Positions 63,466 through 64,000 of a stretch of DNA of 64,000 nt are shown here, piece by piece. The notes beneath the pieces are model-generated. The model made no database searches, had not been told where the DNA came from, and was given only the letters and a program-made list of their open reading frames with translations. The translations under genes and the position numbers were made by a program. The stretch comes from Octopus bimaculoides. Lineage: Eukaryota. The stretch covers positions 56,657,558 to 56,721,557 of the forward strand of contig NC_068988.1 in NCBI RefSeq assembly GCF_001194135.2, in the 5' to 3' direction. Each line of letters begins with the position of its first letter. Position 1 is the first letter of the stretch.

Positions 63466-64000
63466 CTTGTGTGTATATGTTTATCCTAGTAATTTATGCA
63501 CAAAGCCAGCGAATTTGATTATACTGACACCAGAGTATGACTAGTACTTTCATGCCCCTGGAGGAACGAAAGGCAAAGTTGTCCTCAGTGGGATTTGAAC
63601 TCAGAATGTAAATAGATCAAATATTGCTAAAGGGATTTGACTCTCTTATGATTCTACCAATCCACTGTTTTAAATTGTTTGTTACTTATAAGGTCTGAAA
63701 TTTTGGTGATAGGAATGCCAGCTGGGGTGAAGGGAGAATAGTGAAATTAATTTACCTCAGAACTTGACTGGTACTTTATTTTATTNNNNNNNNNNNNNNN
63801 NNNNNNNNNNNNNNNNNNNNNNNNNNNNNNNNNNNNNNNNNNNNNNNNNGATAGACATACGGATAGACATATAGATAGATAGATATATAGACATACAGAT
63901 AGACACACACACACACTTAGGGATGAGAAGCAAGTTTGGACTCAGAATCCAAAGAATCTGAACAAACAGTGCCTGGCATTTTATCCAGTTGTCTAACATT

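Noticed and set aside
185-63999. Most ORF-track entries (HTYI-, CVCV-, YIYI-, RERE-rich and X-rich ORFs)
   Set aside because: Translations of microsatellites, N gaps or SINE bodies; no splice-consistent or domain support.
53161-64000. FF3 exon of TCERG1
   Set aside because: No phase-0 acceptor followed by an FF-like peptide was found by eye; presumed beyond the window or in a gap.

Overview
AT-rich, microsatellite-dense animal genomic DNA with many scaffold gaps (N runs). The SINE/RTE/mariner repeat set looks cephalopod (Octopus-like); this is inferred from the repeats, not from a database hit. The only well-supported protein-coding gene is a + strand TCERG1/CA150 orthologue. Twelve coding exons (~2.0 kb, ~670 codons) between 31273 and 53160 splice in frame via GT-AG and encode a Pro-rich segment, WW1, a Q/S/T/P-rich linker, WW2, WW3, a basic NLS-like patch, FF1 and FF2. 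The start-codon exon was not identified, much of the Pro-rich exon lies in a gap (30667-31272), and the FF3-FF6 exons must lie beyond the window. A CpG-retaining zone at ~6-13 kb contains a TATA/Inr/E-box/CCAAT-like promoter and a candidate first exon with a 33-aa uORF on the - strand, suggesting a divergent neighbour gene. The rest is intronic and full of repeats: several tRNA-derived SINE families, RTE LINE fragments, three decayed mariners, MITEs, a GGATC...GATCC element family with exact 8-bp TSDs, and a Helitron nested head-to-head inside a sibling Helitron. No rRNA, tRNA gene, CRISPR or prokaryotic-type system is supported. I found no clearly novel biological system. The best leads are possible regulated TCERG1 isoforms (WW+2FF truncation, poison exon, symmetric cassette exon), the divergent promoter/uORF, a 73-nt hairpin, and long intronic inverted repeats that could form dsRNA.
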